From the human T2T-CHM13v2.0 reference genome, Homo sapiens: 64,000 bases of DNA. Positions within the stretch are counted from its first letter, which is position 1, and each line of letters opens with the position of its first letter. Both the position numbers and the translations under genes were made by a program. This document shows, piece by piece, positions 28,101 through 42,590 of this stretch. The DNA is taken from the NCBI RefSeq assembly GCF_009914755.1, contig NC_060939.1, one strand, 5' to 3'. The notes beneath the pieces were generated by a model, which was not told the origin of the DNA, ran no database searches, and worked only from the letters and a program-made list of their open reading frames with translations.

Positions 28101-29483
28101 TGTTTCACTACTATGCTGCTACAAAGTACTTATAATGTTTATGGAATAGATTCTGAGGAAAGGCAAGGCAGCTTCTGTAAGGGGAAAATTGTAAGTATTT
28201 GCTAACGCTCTTATAAGCACAGAAATATCGTTTTTTAGACTACTTCAAACTGATTTGATGTGGCTCAACAAACAAGGTTTTTGTTTGTTTTTTGTTTGTT
28301 TGCTTTAGAGTTACTATTTTTATCCTAGGATAAAGCTGATCTTTTTCATTGGCGGAGGTGAGACACTTTTTAAAACCTGGCTTTGAATAAGTTGTGATTT
28401 TTTTTTCCATCCCCAAACACCTGCTGTATGGACAATAATTCTATTAGTTTCATTGGCTAACTACTGTGATAAGCCTCATGAAGGATGGGTTAGGCAGGGG
28501 ATGGATTTTCTAAACGAGGGTGTAGGGAGGGTAGGTAATCAGAATCTCCACAGAGTATGTGTAGATTTAAAAAGCGGTGATTCTGACACTTTATTTCCCG
28601 AAGGATATTTTTTGCCCAACAATTTCTGCCCCCACCTCTAGTCTATCATGTTGAGAATCACTGGTTCTTAAAAGAGAAACAGAAAAGGAATTAGTTTGAA
28701 TTAATATTTTAAATAAAAATGTGTTAACAGTGAGATTCCTCTAAAATGATCCAACTTAGTTGACATTTTTATAAATGATCTAAAAGTATGTACGTGTAGT
28801 GAAAATTCTAAGTTTGTAGGTTGGGCTAACATCTCTAAATTCATGAACTAAGCTAATGATGATAAAATGCTGGAAGACAGAACATTTATATATAGGTAGG
28901 CAAAAAACTGGCAGATGACTTTTAATGTATTGAATTTTGTAATAAAATTTAAATTATACAAGATAAAAGTCACTGAATAATGATTTTCTTGCAAAAATGA
29001 CACCAATAAATCATTTCAGATGTTCCCATAAAAATGTTATCTTAATGTGCAGTGGTCCCAAATGACCAATAAAGTAATGGACACTATCAGGAAGAATGTA
29101 AGACACAAAACAGAACACATAGTATCTCCGTGTAAACAGTGTGGTGCATCTACATCTGGAAGACAGATGCCATTCTCCTTGCTTAGCGTTAATAAAAACT
29201 ATACAGTACAATGGAAGCATCCTGCAATTAGAATGAATAAATGAATAACGTAAGACATACATGACATACCTAAAAAACATTTTGGCTATCATCTAGAATA
29301 ATAAATGTTTATTAAGGTGATAATAAACACCTTAACTAGTTTCTAATTAAGAAACTATAATGTTATAAATGTCTAGTTAAGAAACTATAATGGACTGTAT
29401 TCAATGTATATAAAATCATAATATGGATAAGAACAGAGGCTTGGATAACTCATGAAATATTAGAAGTAGAATGTCCTTCTTAA

Positions 29484-29793
<310 letters not shown>

Positions 29794-30264
29794 TACTTCT
29801 TAAAGTGTTAATGTGTTAGGAGCAAGATAGATAAATAGATATGCTATCTTACAGAGTACATAGAAAACATATGTAAGTTGTTACCCATAATATGAGTGTT
29901 GCATGTTGAAAATATAAATAGATTCAAGAGAGATTTAGCCAAAACCAAAAAAGAGAGACCTATAATTGATTGAAAAACCAGAGATATTTGGGGTTCTCTC
30001 AACTTTTTTGAGTTGGCATCATAAAATACAATCTGAGATAAAGTATTATTTAAATTAACCAAGGAATTTTGTGCTTATTTAATTAAACTCCAAAATGTAA
30101 TGAAAATTAGAAGGAAATTTAGCAAATACTTTTGTTATTCAATCTAACCTTAGTTTTTCGACATTTAGTATGATTAGAAAACTTGTTAATTCTTTAATCT
30201 TGGAATAATAACAATCATATGCCAACTTATAATTTGACACACTACTTAATATGGTGTTTTTGTC

Positions 30265-31090
30265 ATTTATTGAGGGTGTGTCAAATACAAATCCCTGTAC
30301 CAAGTACTGGGGGTTAGCTGAAGCATAAGATAGTCTCTTCAAATAGTCTACAACCTAGATTTAAAAACAGGCAAAATTTATAAATAACAAGAGAACAATA
30401 GAGGTGGGTGCTAATTAATAGTACAGCAGTATGTTCTTAAAGTAAAATAGATGACAACAGATTAGGAAACTACTAATCACTATGGAGAAACTGGAATTTC
30501 AATTTGGGTACTCAGGTAGGTGGAAGCTGTTAAAATACTAATTATCAAGCTTCACCTCAGACCTGTTGGATCAGACTTTCTGAGGAACGGGAACTGGAAA
30601 CCTGAAAATCTTTTAGAGTTCATCTTGTGATTCCATGCAATCAGTCCATGAGGCAATATTTGGGAAGTACTTGAGTAGAGCATTCTATGTAATTCCAGGA
30701 ACTGGTAGGCAGAGCAGGTAGAGACTGACATTTTGCATGGGAGAGGAAGACAATTAGTAAATCTGTTTGAAGTCAAAGGATCTTCTAAGTTGTAGAAGAA
30801 AAATGGGAGAAAATTATGTAGGCTGGAGTCAGATTTTGGAGAGCTTTGGATAGTAAATAAAAGAGGTTTTTGTTTGCTTTTGTTTTTAATAGAGTATACC
30901 ACTGAAACTTTTGAAGCAGAAGAGTAACCTTTATAACATATATCTTATGAATACATAAAGGGTTAAAGTCAGAAGGGCTGGAGGCAAAGGTCTAGCTAAG
31001 AAACTATAATAATAGTTGAGGCACAAGAAAATGAAGGCCTGGACTAATGTGATGGCAATGGAAACAGAAGAGAACGGCTGGATATACATT
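30265..31090 (-). mobile_element. L2 fragments with a MER5-like insert at ~30550-30660
   Basis: catttattgagg...; gagtcagattttggagagcttt; cctggactaatgtgatggcaatggaaacagaag; cctcagacctgttggatcagac. Confidence 0.55.
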
Positions 31091-34000
31091 GGTAATATAG
31101 AGAGGAAACATAATTGTTTCTGGTAAGAGCTTGGGGGTCTTTAACCCTTTTTAAATTTTTTAATTATCTTTTTAAGTAAACTCAGATGTTTTTATTTCTG
31201 CCTCTTTTTCCTTTCACTTTCATTTCTGTGAAAAAATATTAACTACTCCACATAAGAATTCCTTGTTTAGACTGCTAGCAAAGAGCATATGCTTTAAAAG
31301 TGCTAAGAAAGCCAATGACCAAAATGACTTTAAATCGTGCTTTAATTTTTCCATGCTGATGACCAGCATGATTTGAAACCAAAATGTTTAGAATTATCTT
31401 ATGCCTGGGTAGCAGAACATTTAGACACAAGTTAAAGAGGGAGGGAAGAAAGATTACATTATATATCTACTGGATGGTAAGTTTCACGGAGTATATTAGT
31501 ATTTAAAATAAAGGGAGAAAGTGGATGTGTAGTTTATCATCTAAGCTGCTGTCTCTGAATTAGATAAAGTGTAGCATAACATGCTTTGTGACTCCTAGAG
31601 GTAGCTATGAACAAAACGTTAATGAAAGTTTCTATAACTTCTTTTTCTGACCATTTTCCCCCTTCAATTTCACTCTTAGTGCCCTTGTGATCACTTTCTT
31701 CTAGCCCCATCAAATTCTGCTCTCAGAGAAGGTATAGTCACTTATACACAGTATAAATTTATGCATAGGTGTTAACTCCTCCCTGGTACATTTGTATTTT
31801 GAAACTTACCTCTCATCCTATGTAATGAAAATCTGGTTTCCTGCTGAAGATATTTTAGACTTTAGGAAAATCCAGAAAATGGAAGAGATTTTCTAGATGG
31901 TGGGAAGAGATTGCTTCAACTATTTCCATTTCATATAAAAATCTGATACTTTCTCACATGTTCTGGGACTATAATATCCACACCTATTCTGATAATTTTG
32001 GAGCCATTTTTAAAAAAACACAGTGTTGTATTTAGCAGATGTAAATAGTCTACATTGTCAGACAAATAATTCTTTCTGTATAAAAGTTTAGAATCTTTAG
32101 TGATTAGAGAGTAAACAAAGAGTATTTCCTCCTGTCTGATTCAGGGAATATATCTTCTCTGGCCCAAAGGAGAAAGGTGGGTCCCTTGCATTCCTGAGAG
32201 GCCATAAATGATAAGGAAAACGATCAGTAAATTGGTATAGAAATATAAGTCTGTGCAATACAGTTCAATGATGTTCCCATGACATTCTTCAGTAATATGC
32301 TACTGGATAAATATCACACTGTATATTGCACAACCGAATAGTTTGCTTCAAATTCTGATATAGTTCTAACGCTGCTGAAACAAGCTGCTGCAACTTAAAT
32401 TCTTTCAAAAGAAAGTATTGCTATAATTGTACCACATGCTGATGTACTTTCTAAAGATTTTCTAATGTTTTATTTTCTTAATAAATCCCTGAATGAATGA
32501 CATAATTATTTTTGGTTAACCAGACATGTCATTTAAATGGTTTTTGACATCATTATAAAATATATATGGGATTAATAAGAAGTATGTTTGATTTATTCCC
32601 TAATAATGAGGATGATGTGGAATCAGTTCTCTTGTTGCAGGACATTTCAGTTATACTTGATACCAGCAATTATGCAATCATGTGGAACTATTTTGAATTT
32701 CATGCTAATTTGAGGGGAATTATACTTTCTGGGTTTCAGTAATAATTTATCTACTTGTGTTTCTTTCTTGCAGGCTTCAATTAGTTTTCTAATTTCTTTT
32801 AGTGTATTCCAAGGTTCTGACTTAAATCTGTTATTTAACAGCTACAGGGCATGCTTTCTTAGGGTAAAGTGATCCAACGACAAGATTAGTATTATCAACC
32901 ATATGTATCATTGTGTTTTTTTACAATAGTGGACTTCAGGGTTCATGGGAAAAGAGAAAAACCTGGAAGCAGGTTCTGTATCCAGCCTGCTGGAGGTCAC
33001 TACCTCCACAGAGTCCTTTGTGTTGCCCCTTCAAAGTGAAAGTCAATAAAGAAATGTGGAGAAAGTGAACTCAATTCTTTCCTAACTCAAACATTGAATC
33101 ATTCCCTCCAGGCAGCAAAGCCAACATGTGCACAGCATATCCAGTTAATGGTCCTATCCCAATACTAGCACTGACAAAAGAGGTTTGTCTTCCGTGTTAA
33201 GCAGTCACTCTGCTTAACTGATGGAACAAGTTTATTTCAACTTCAGTGCTCATAATTTGGGCTTTTTCTATTTCACTGTCACTTTTGAAAAAGTCAATTT
33301 TGAATAACATGCATACATTACTAAAGGTCATTTGCTTATGTTTCAGGTTGACACCTTAAAAAAATACAGCTACATGTTTTATGTATATGTATATATCTTA
33401 CATGATTTTGACTTGGTTCATGATGGAGGTAACTTATACAAGTTGTTTACAAGAAAATAAATGACTCATAAAACATCTGTAAAATAAATGTAAGACTGAA
33501 TGAAATAAATGTAAAATGGTACTTGAGTCATTTATTTTCTTATAAGACATTTGTCTATAACAGTTGATATAAAATTATATTACTCTGTTTTCAAACATAT
33601 TTTCTTTTAGAGAAACATTTCTTGGTTAGAGATAATTATACCACTTATCGAATACTGTCTATACAGAAAACTGCTGTTTATTCCAGGGATACTCTTAAAA
33701 TTAAATTAAATTTAATTCTATTTCTACTTGAAGGATATGGAGCATTACAATTATATTTAATTTTAATACATTATATGTGATTTATAAGCACTATCTTTAC
33801 TTCATTCTGAAATCTCAGACCAACAAATCACTTGGCTTTTCATGGCACAATTTTTACTCCCTTTCTTAGAGTCAGAACAAGAAAAATTTATTTCTGTAGT
33901 CAAGGCCAAAACAGTGGCTTATGAATTAAATTATTAGGTGTTGCTTCAATAAAGTATTGAATTGAAATAATTCAATAAAGTATTTACTTAAATTCCTTGA

Positions 34001-35570
34001 TTTTACTATAAGGCAGACAAAAAGTAGCCAAGGAACTTCATTTGCAAGAACTAATTAGCAGTTGTCAGAGAATGAAATAATCTTCATTATCAAGACACTG
34101 GTTACAACTAAGTTATGCCTTTAAAAGTGATTGATAATAGCAGTAATGAGATTGAGAAGCTACTGGCTGAAACATATTGTCATTATCTTTCAATTTTTTA
34201 CGACTCTAAGAAGTCATAATGATAAGCAAACTCAAAATGAGAAATGGTGATAAAGAGAATGGAGAAAATGTAAATCCACATCAAACCAAAGAATTCTCAC
34301 CTTCACAGTACAATTAAGAGTTTAATGATTCCATCTTTTCATTAGAGGATGGCATTAAATAGAAATGGTAGCTATGCTTTAACATATTTCTTAATTCTCT
34401 GGTAAAATTTAAGCCCTGCATACAACCATAATCAAAATGGGACATTCTAATGTTGCTCCATCTTTTGAAGACCACGGTATTATGATCAAAGCGTGGAAAA
34501 TGATGGAATTCTAAAATGTTACTGTAGATTGTAAATTAAAGAGGAAGACAGGGATAGAAAAACCACATGTGAGAATACTTTAAGTGGCACCTTATAATTC
34601 TTTAACACTGGGAACACTGGGAACACTGAGTACATATTAAATATTTTTAAAATTAAAACACTATCATTATCACTATATTTTAAAAAGTCAGATATGAAAT
34701 TTTTTGGTGCTGAGCAAATTTCTTTTTTATTACCAATAAGCAATTCTGTTGATCCTACATATCTAGTACAGCTACAATTTCACTGTGGATCTAGATCACA
34801 AAGTGATTTTCTTATGCCAAATTTAGGACAAGTATATACAAAACCACTATCACTTCAAACTTAATATCTTCATAAAAACTCCAACACATTATCACTCCCA
34901 CCTAGTAAAAATAGCATCCCCTTAACTTTTATGATACCTTAATTCTCAAAATGACCTGTGTTTGAAATGATATTTGACTTCTCTAACTTCTTTTGCTTTA
35001 GCCTCAACATCCATTGGGCCTGGAAGTTGAAAAAATGGGCATAGCAAGAGGAATGTGTAAATGTGATAGAAATAATTTGGATCATTGCTGTTAAGTATAA
35101 ATGAGTATTTGTGATCTATCATATTTGCTGAAGTTTGACATTAAGGTGGTACATTCCAGTATTATGTATCACTTTCTAGAAGATCAATGAAGTAGAAATG
35201 CAGTGACAAGGGTGTCATCTAGAAAGAATGAAAAGAAATACATCCAAGAACTCAAACAGCTTGCTGGGAGAAATTCCAGGATGTAAGGACACCAAGGGAA
35301 CTACTGCAGCCCACCTGGAACATATTTGTTGTGTTTGTTCCACATCTTGTGCCTGAGATGGTTACCAATTCATGTATAATATAAACTGTTTTTCTTGAGT
35401 AGATGTGAAAGTGAAAAGTCTTGTTGATACTCTTTTCTATGCTACAGCTTATTAGAAAAGATAAGTACTTTTAAAGGGAGTAGAAAAACTAATTCAGAAA
35501 GGAAGCCAAGAAGAAAAATTCTAAAGAGGCTAGGGAATCCAAACCATCATTAAGAATATGGCAAATGTGA

Positions 35571-35852
35571 GGCCGGATACAGTGACTCGTGCCTGTAATC
35601 CCAGCACTTTGGGAGGCCGAGGTGGGTGGATCACCTGAGGTCAGGAGTTCGAGACTAGCCTGGCTAACATGGCAAAACCCCTCCTCTACTAAAAATACAA
35701 AAATTAGCTGGTGTGGTGGCACAACCTGTAATTACAGCTACTCAGGAGGCTGAAGGAGGAGAATTGCTTGAACCTGAGAGGCGGAGGTTGTAGTGCACCT
35801 AGATGGCGCCACTGCACTATAGCCTGAGCTACAGAGTGAGACTCTATCTCAA

Positions 35853-35890
<38 letters not shown>
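35571..35890 (+). mobile_element. AluSx-like with (TAA)n tail, TSD aatatggcaaatgt
   Basis: Full dimer; trinucleotide tail at ~35851-35890. Confidence 0.95.
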
Positions 35891-35892
<2 letters not shown>

Positions 35893-36542
35893 TGGCAAAT
35901 GTAATGAATTTATATACAGAAGAAAGATGACAGATATGTAGAGTACTGAACATAGTTAAGTAATCAATGACTTGTTTTATTCAAAAATGGAAAGTTATGA
36001 TTTTCTAATCAAGAATGGCGAATCTGGTCTTTTTGAGAGTGACAACAGCATCTCATGCTTTATGTAACAATAATGAGCATCCAGAAAAGCTAGCTGACAT
36101 TAGGTAATTTCTTGGCTAGGAAGCAGCTGAACACAGGTTTGACAGTTTGCTGAGTGGGGAGCTGTGGTCTTCCTGACACGTGTATCAAGATCTAAAGGGC
36201 AGCCAGAAAAGACGTATCAAGCTAACTAAATGCTGACACATGCAGGAATAAATGACAGCACCGGAAGAAACTTGGAATCCCTCGTGACAGTGAAGTTCTG
36301 GATAAGAAAGTGAAAGACATGACAGCACAGGTGTTGTTTTCATTTTTTCTTCTAGTTTTATCTCATGACTTTAGAAGTGAAAAAAAAAAAAAGCTGTGAA
36401 AGTAAACACCTGGCCATTAACAACAGTGTTGAAAATAAGACTTGTCTTTCTGGCTGTTAGCTTAGAATAACTGAAAAAATAGGCTCCTGGAGTTTTATGT
36501 ACATTTTATGAAGAACGCATTTGAAGTAAAGTGAAATTGGGG

Positions 36543-36970
36543 TGCATTAGTTAAGATTCAGTTTGGCTTAAAAAATTGTTTATTTCTCCATGCAATAAAC
36601 ATCTGGAGGAGTGACAACTCTGCTCCACAAAAACATCTGGAAGTTTCCAAGTCCATTTAGCTCACCGTTCCATAATCTCTTTGTTCTCATAACCCAAGGT
36701 AGAATCCAAATTCCAGCAGGAAGGTGGAATAAAGTGATTAAAAGTGAGCATAAAGGGCTTCTGCTGGGTACCTTTTATGGAAGACTTTTGGAAGTTGCCA
36801 TAGGACACTTCAGTTAAATCGCATCAGCTAAAACTTGGTCACATGGCCACATTAAGCTGCAAAAAAGACTGGGAAATGGAAAGTTTATTTTGTGCAGTCA
36901 GCTAAAAATTCTATTGCTATGGAAAAAGGAGAGAATAAAAGTTGGGAACAATTAAAAGTCTTTGCTCAGA
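36543..36970 (-). mobile_element. MaLR LTR, MLT1J-like
   Basis: aacttggtcacatggccacattaagctgcaa...ctgggaaatg...cagctaaaaatt. Confidence 0.7.
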
Positions 36971-38829
36971 AAGTTGGGGAGAAAAATGCGTACATATGAT
37001 TGAAGGAATGAACATCACAATGAATGACATTATACTGTCATAAGCTTGAAGACTTAAGGGGCAAAGATATGACAAGAAGAGAATAGAAAGCTTATTATGC
37101 CTCATAAGAAAAGGGCTAGAATCAAAACGTGTAACTTCAAATGGGTAGAAAAAAAGCACAGATGTAATGATAAATAGTAGATGGAAAAGTTACATGACAT
37201 TACAGATGAAGACATTTCCCAAATTTGCTAATGACAAATAAGAGAAAGGAGTATCTAATTTTTTGGGTACCATACATTTTAATATACTCATGTATCAGTT
37301 ATTTGTGATTTATTCCATGCCAAATTATAAACAGAATTAAAGTGGCTGAATTAAAACTCACCATTTCTTAAGCAATTGTATGTGGACCACTCATGTTTCC
37401 AAAGGTACTTGGGGGATTAATTTAACTAAAGGCATACTGTAATCTTTTTTCAACTGAATATTTTTTAAAAACATTTTTGTATTTTTTCAATTTAGAAAAG
37501 AATGGTTTGAGTGCCTCCACAAACATATCAAATATGAATGCCAGGAATTTAGAAAGATGAGACAGATTTACTCACAGTTTAGTTAACTCATCCTTTTGTC
37601 ATTTAATGAAGTCATGATGATGTTCACTATTATATAAATAAGTTCATTCATTGTCATATGCTGCTAAATTTATAACCTTAACAAACCATTGGTTAACAAG
37701 AGAAAGTATAAAGAACATTGAGTTAAATATAAGTTATTAGAAGCATAAAATAACTCCAAAATTCGCTTTTATTTTTTAAATTGATGTATATTTGACAATT
37801 TACAGTTAACTTTTAGATAATTTTCTTCAGATCACTACAGTCCTAGTGCCAAGAATGGGTCTGGCAATAAACACTCAGTAAATACTTGTTAAATAACTTG
37901 TATGTTACAGAAAATATTGTGACAATCATATTGGAGTTGGTCTCACGTTTTGGAGGGGTATAATGACTCTCTACCCCAGCAATATTTTATTTATGGAGCA
38001 CTATTTACAAATAGAAGAATAAAACTATTTCTCTTATTTCAACATTTGGAAACCAAAGAAATTGTAAAAATAAGTGAGCTAATTTTTTTAAAGCATAGAA
38101 AGAATTTTAATGATTAGATTCCAAAACTAGATTTTGTCATCTTTGATGTTATAACATTTATATTTCAACATATATTTATTTAACTCACTTTTAATTCTAC
38201 ACATGCTGTATGAGGTCATTTTAAAATGTATTTTTTCAAAAATCATGAGGTTTTTAAAAACATAATTAATGTAAAGAAAATGAGGAACATTCATCATTTG
38301 TTGCAGGGGAACAGTTGACATTTGCCTTTATATATAATACATATTTAAACAAACTTTATAATATAACCTTGAAAAATATACTAACCTAAAACAAAATGTA
38401 TTTTTGATAGGAGAACTTTTTATTATATTCAAACTCTAAAATAATGACAGGATTTAAAATATTTTTAAGGAGATGGTGAGATTGTATTACTGTAAAATAC
38501 ATTTATGGTCTATATCAAGGAAAATAATGAACACTATTCTGTCTTAGGCTATCTATATCAGCCCAGTTCTTGCTGAGATACTTATTTTTAGTAAATAATG
38601 TAGCTGGTAAAGAGTCTGGAATTCATACCGTATGAGAAAGGGCCAAAGAAACTAAGGATAATGGGAAGCATGATCAATGTCTTCACCTCTTTCAAGGGCT
38701 GTTATGTGGAAATGGTATTGATTTATTCTGCATAGCTTCAGAGGATATATTCACGTATAATTGGTAACACAATCAGAGCTACTTGTAAATGTAATGAACC
38801 ACCTGAAAACTGGTAACCTACAATAAATT

Positions 38830-39470
38830 AATGAGATTATATAGCTGACAGACAGGTAAATCAATGGGACAAAACAGTCAATAAAAGGTAAAAGAGAGGC
38901 ATCAGTAAAAAAAGGAATAGAATGTTTAATAAATAATGTTGAAAATACTAGATAGCTATTTCAAGGAATAAAATATCAGTTTTCGGCAGGAGCCCCCAAC
39001 CCCTGGGCTGGGGACCGGTACTGGTCCATGGCCTGTTAGGAACTAGGCGGCAGAGCAGGAGATGAGCTGCGGGTGAGCAAGCATTCCACCTCCTGTCAGA
39101 TTAGCTGTGGCATTAGAATCTCATAGGAGCGTGAACCCTATTGTGAACTGCATATGCCAGGGATCTAGGTTGCGTGCTCCGTACGAAAATCTCACTAATG
39201 CCTGACGATTTGAAGTGGAACAGTTTCATCCTGAACCTCCCCCCGGCTCCCGTCCCCTGACTGTTGGTTTAGAGTATCATCTCACACCATACCCCAGAAT
39301 TAATTCCAGATGAATTTAAGATAATTTGAATTTATATTTAAAATTCAAACTATAAAAGATAGAATAAACTATATTTCAGACAATGGTATGGAAAACATAC
39401 TTTTAAGCATAGATACAATATAATAAATTATCACAAAAGATCTATAGAATTGGTTACACAAAAATTGATC
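38830..39470 (+). mobile_element. Old L1M(E) ORF2 fragment interrupted by MER1B
   Basis: aatcaatgggac...tttaataaataatgttgaaaa...tctcacaccatac...aattccagatg. Confidence 0.6.
38987..39267 (+). mobile_element. MER1B hAT-Charlie element (3' internal deletion)
   Basis: caggagcccccaaccc...ggcctgttaggaac...tcataggagcgtgaaccctattgtgaactg. Confidence 0.92.
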
Positions 39471-40062
39471 AGTTTGATTAATTTTTTCACCCTGCACTCC
39501 GGTAGTGTATGATTAGTGAAACATGAGAATTAGGAATAGAACAAGGAGTGTGAAGTGAGCCAAACAGTGCATAAAATAAAGTGTTACTGAAAGAACTCTT
39601 GGATTTGGCAATTAGGAGTTTATTCATGAGTTTGAAGAGAGAACGCCAATAAAGAGATTAGAAGTTAGGATGCAAAAGTTAAATTGAAGAAAAATGAGCA
39701 GATTCTGGCTACGTGTTCAAGAAAGTTGGTGCTAGTGAAAAGGAACCAGGGTAGTCCTTTGAAAAGATTTCAGAGTTAAGGGCAGGGACATTTTATTCAT
39801 TTGACCTATAGGCACAGAGATGGGAGCCTGTGAAAATTTCAAAGGCTTGCAAATGTATTTAAACTTTAATATTAAGATAGTGACAGTAAAATTTGAAAAT
39901 AAAATATACAGATTAGCAGATATTTAACAAATAAAATATTATGCTAACTTTATTATTTATTAAATTTATTAATTTTTTCATAACATCTAAAAACAATTTG
40001 ATATTTTTTTTACTTTGTAACAATTCCCAAGAATGTACACAATTTGCAGAAAATTTACAGCT

Positions 40063-40276
40063 GGGGCGGGCACGGTGGCTTATACTTGTAATCCCAACCC
40101 TTTGGGAGGCTGAGGCAGGTGAATCACCTGAGGTCAGGAGTTTGAGACCAGCCTGGCCAACATGGCAAAACCGGGTCTCTACTAAAATTACAAAAATTAG
40201 GCGGTCGTGGTGGCGCATGCCTGTAATTGCAGCTACAAGGGAGGCTGAGGAACAAGAATTGCTTGATCCTGGGAGG
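40063..40276 (+). mobile_element. AluS, 3'-truncated, no tail or TSD
   Basis: Stops at gggagg in the right arm and abuts L2-like sequence. Confidence 0.9.
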
Positions 40277-40560
40277 TTCAAGACCCTTGACAATTTGGCC
40301 CTAACTCTTTTTCCACCCTCTCACTATTTTGTTACACTTCCTATTCCAGACATACAGCTCTAGTTTCAATCTTCTGAACATGACTTTTGAATCTTTGCTT
40401 CCATGGCCTTGCACATAGTACTTTTATCTCTCAATTAGCATGTTTCCATCTTTTCTACCTATGTCAACTCTATTCATCCATCAAGATCTAATTCAAGCTC
40501 TATCTATTCCTCAAATCCTCCGTTGACCACTTGACCACTTCTTTCTTCTGAATTCCTATT
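40277..40560 (+). mobile_element. L2 fragment
   Basis: ttcaagaccctt...ggccttgcacatag...tattcatccatcaagatctaattcaag. Confidence 0.6.
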
Positions 40561-41135
40561 TATTTTGCTGTTTTGTTTTTTTGTTTTTGGTTTTTTTTTT
40601 TTTGCATTTGGCATATACTGCCAGGTATCACTTATTTTATTTTTTCTGTGGAAAAAGAAAATACTAACTGAATTTTTGTATATATTTATTAATATCCAGA
40701 TAGGATATCATAATTAAAGTAATCAGATCAAGTTTCTAAAATATTACTGGCTCTTGTTTTCCATTCCCAAACACCTGAGAGATACTGTACACTTAACAAG
40801 TGAAACAGTGGTCTGTATATCCAGTATTTGTATCCTACAATTTCCAAAGTGTGTTTTTATTATGACCTTACTCCTCTTTACTGTCCATATTTCACAAAAA
40901 GAAGTTATCCATTGGGTAAGAAGATCTTAATCCATTACCAAAGACATTTTTAATAGTAATTAATAAATCACATATGTTCTATATATTTTGGACATAAATA
41001 AATAATGTAAAATGTCGGTACAAATAGTTTCTCTACACTCAATGATATTATATTATTAAAGTCAGCTGCATTTAAAAATTAGTAGACTTTGTATTTTAGA
41101 ACACTTTTAGATTTACAAAAAAAATTGAGCAGATA

Positions 41136-41506
<371 letters not shown>

Positions 41507-42273
41507 CTAATGTGGCACATTTATTACAACAGATGAGCCAATATTTATTTATGCCATCAGTTTATACTAAGGTCCACGTTTTGCTTTGTATAGTTCTATG
41601 AGTTCTGACAAATGTATATCATGTATCCACTATTACAGTATTACGCAGAATAGTTTCACTGATTTAAAAATCCCCTGTGATTCAGCTTTTCATCCTTTTT
41701 CTGCTCTCCTCAAGGCCCTTGCCACCACTGATACTACTGTCTCTAAAGTTTTGCCTTTGCCAGAATGTCATATGGCTGGAATCATACAGTATGTGGCTTT
41801 TTCAGACTGGTTTCTTTCACTTAGCAATATGTACTTAAGGTTCCCCTTGTCTTTTTGTGGCTTCACAGCTCAATACCTTTTTATTGCTAAATAATATTCC
41901 AGTGTATACGTGTACCATAGTTTGTTTATCCATTTACCTATTGGATATGTGGGTTGCGTCTGGTTTTTGATGATACGAATAAAGCTTCTATAAATAGTCA
42001 TGTTCAGGTTTTTGTGTGGACATAGTTTTCAATTCAATTGGGCAAAAACCTGGGGGCATGACTGCTGGATTATATAGTAAGAGTATGTTTAGTTTTTAAG
42101 AAACTGCCAAACTGTCTTCCCATGTGACTGCACCATTTTGCATTCCCACTAGTAATGAAAGAGTTTTGGTTGCTTTGCATCCTTGCCAGCATACAGCACT
42201 GTTAGTTTTTTGGAGTTTAGTCACGCTAATAGTTGTACAGAGGTATCTCATTGTTGTTTTAATTTGCAATTCC

Positions 42274-42590
42274 TTTTTAAATAATTTCAACTTTTATTTT
42301 AGATTCAGGGGGTACATGTGCAGGTCTGTTACCTGGGTATATTGTGTGATACTGAGGTTTGAGGTATGATTGCTCCCATCACCCAGGTACTGAGCGTAGT
42401 ACCTAATGGTTTTTCAACCCTTCCCTCATCTACTCCCCGCCAGTAGTCCCCAGTGTCAGTTGTTGCCATCTTTATGTCCCTAAGTACCCAGTGTTTAGCT
42501 CCCACTTATAAGGGAAAACATGCAGTATTTAGTTTTCTGTTCATGTGTTAATTTGCTTAGGATAATGGCCTCCGGCTGCATCCATGTTGC
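42274..42590 (-). mobile_element. L1PA15/16-like 3' end, TSD ttgcaattc
   Basis: Same family as 9470-9744; nested in the L1MC. Confidence 0.88.

Noticed and set aside
38987-39267. GC/CpG-richer patch as a promoter or CpG island
   Set aside because: Explained by MER1B; the CpG-rich patch at 63303-63583 is the AluYa5.
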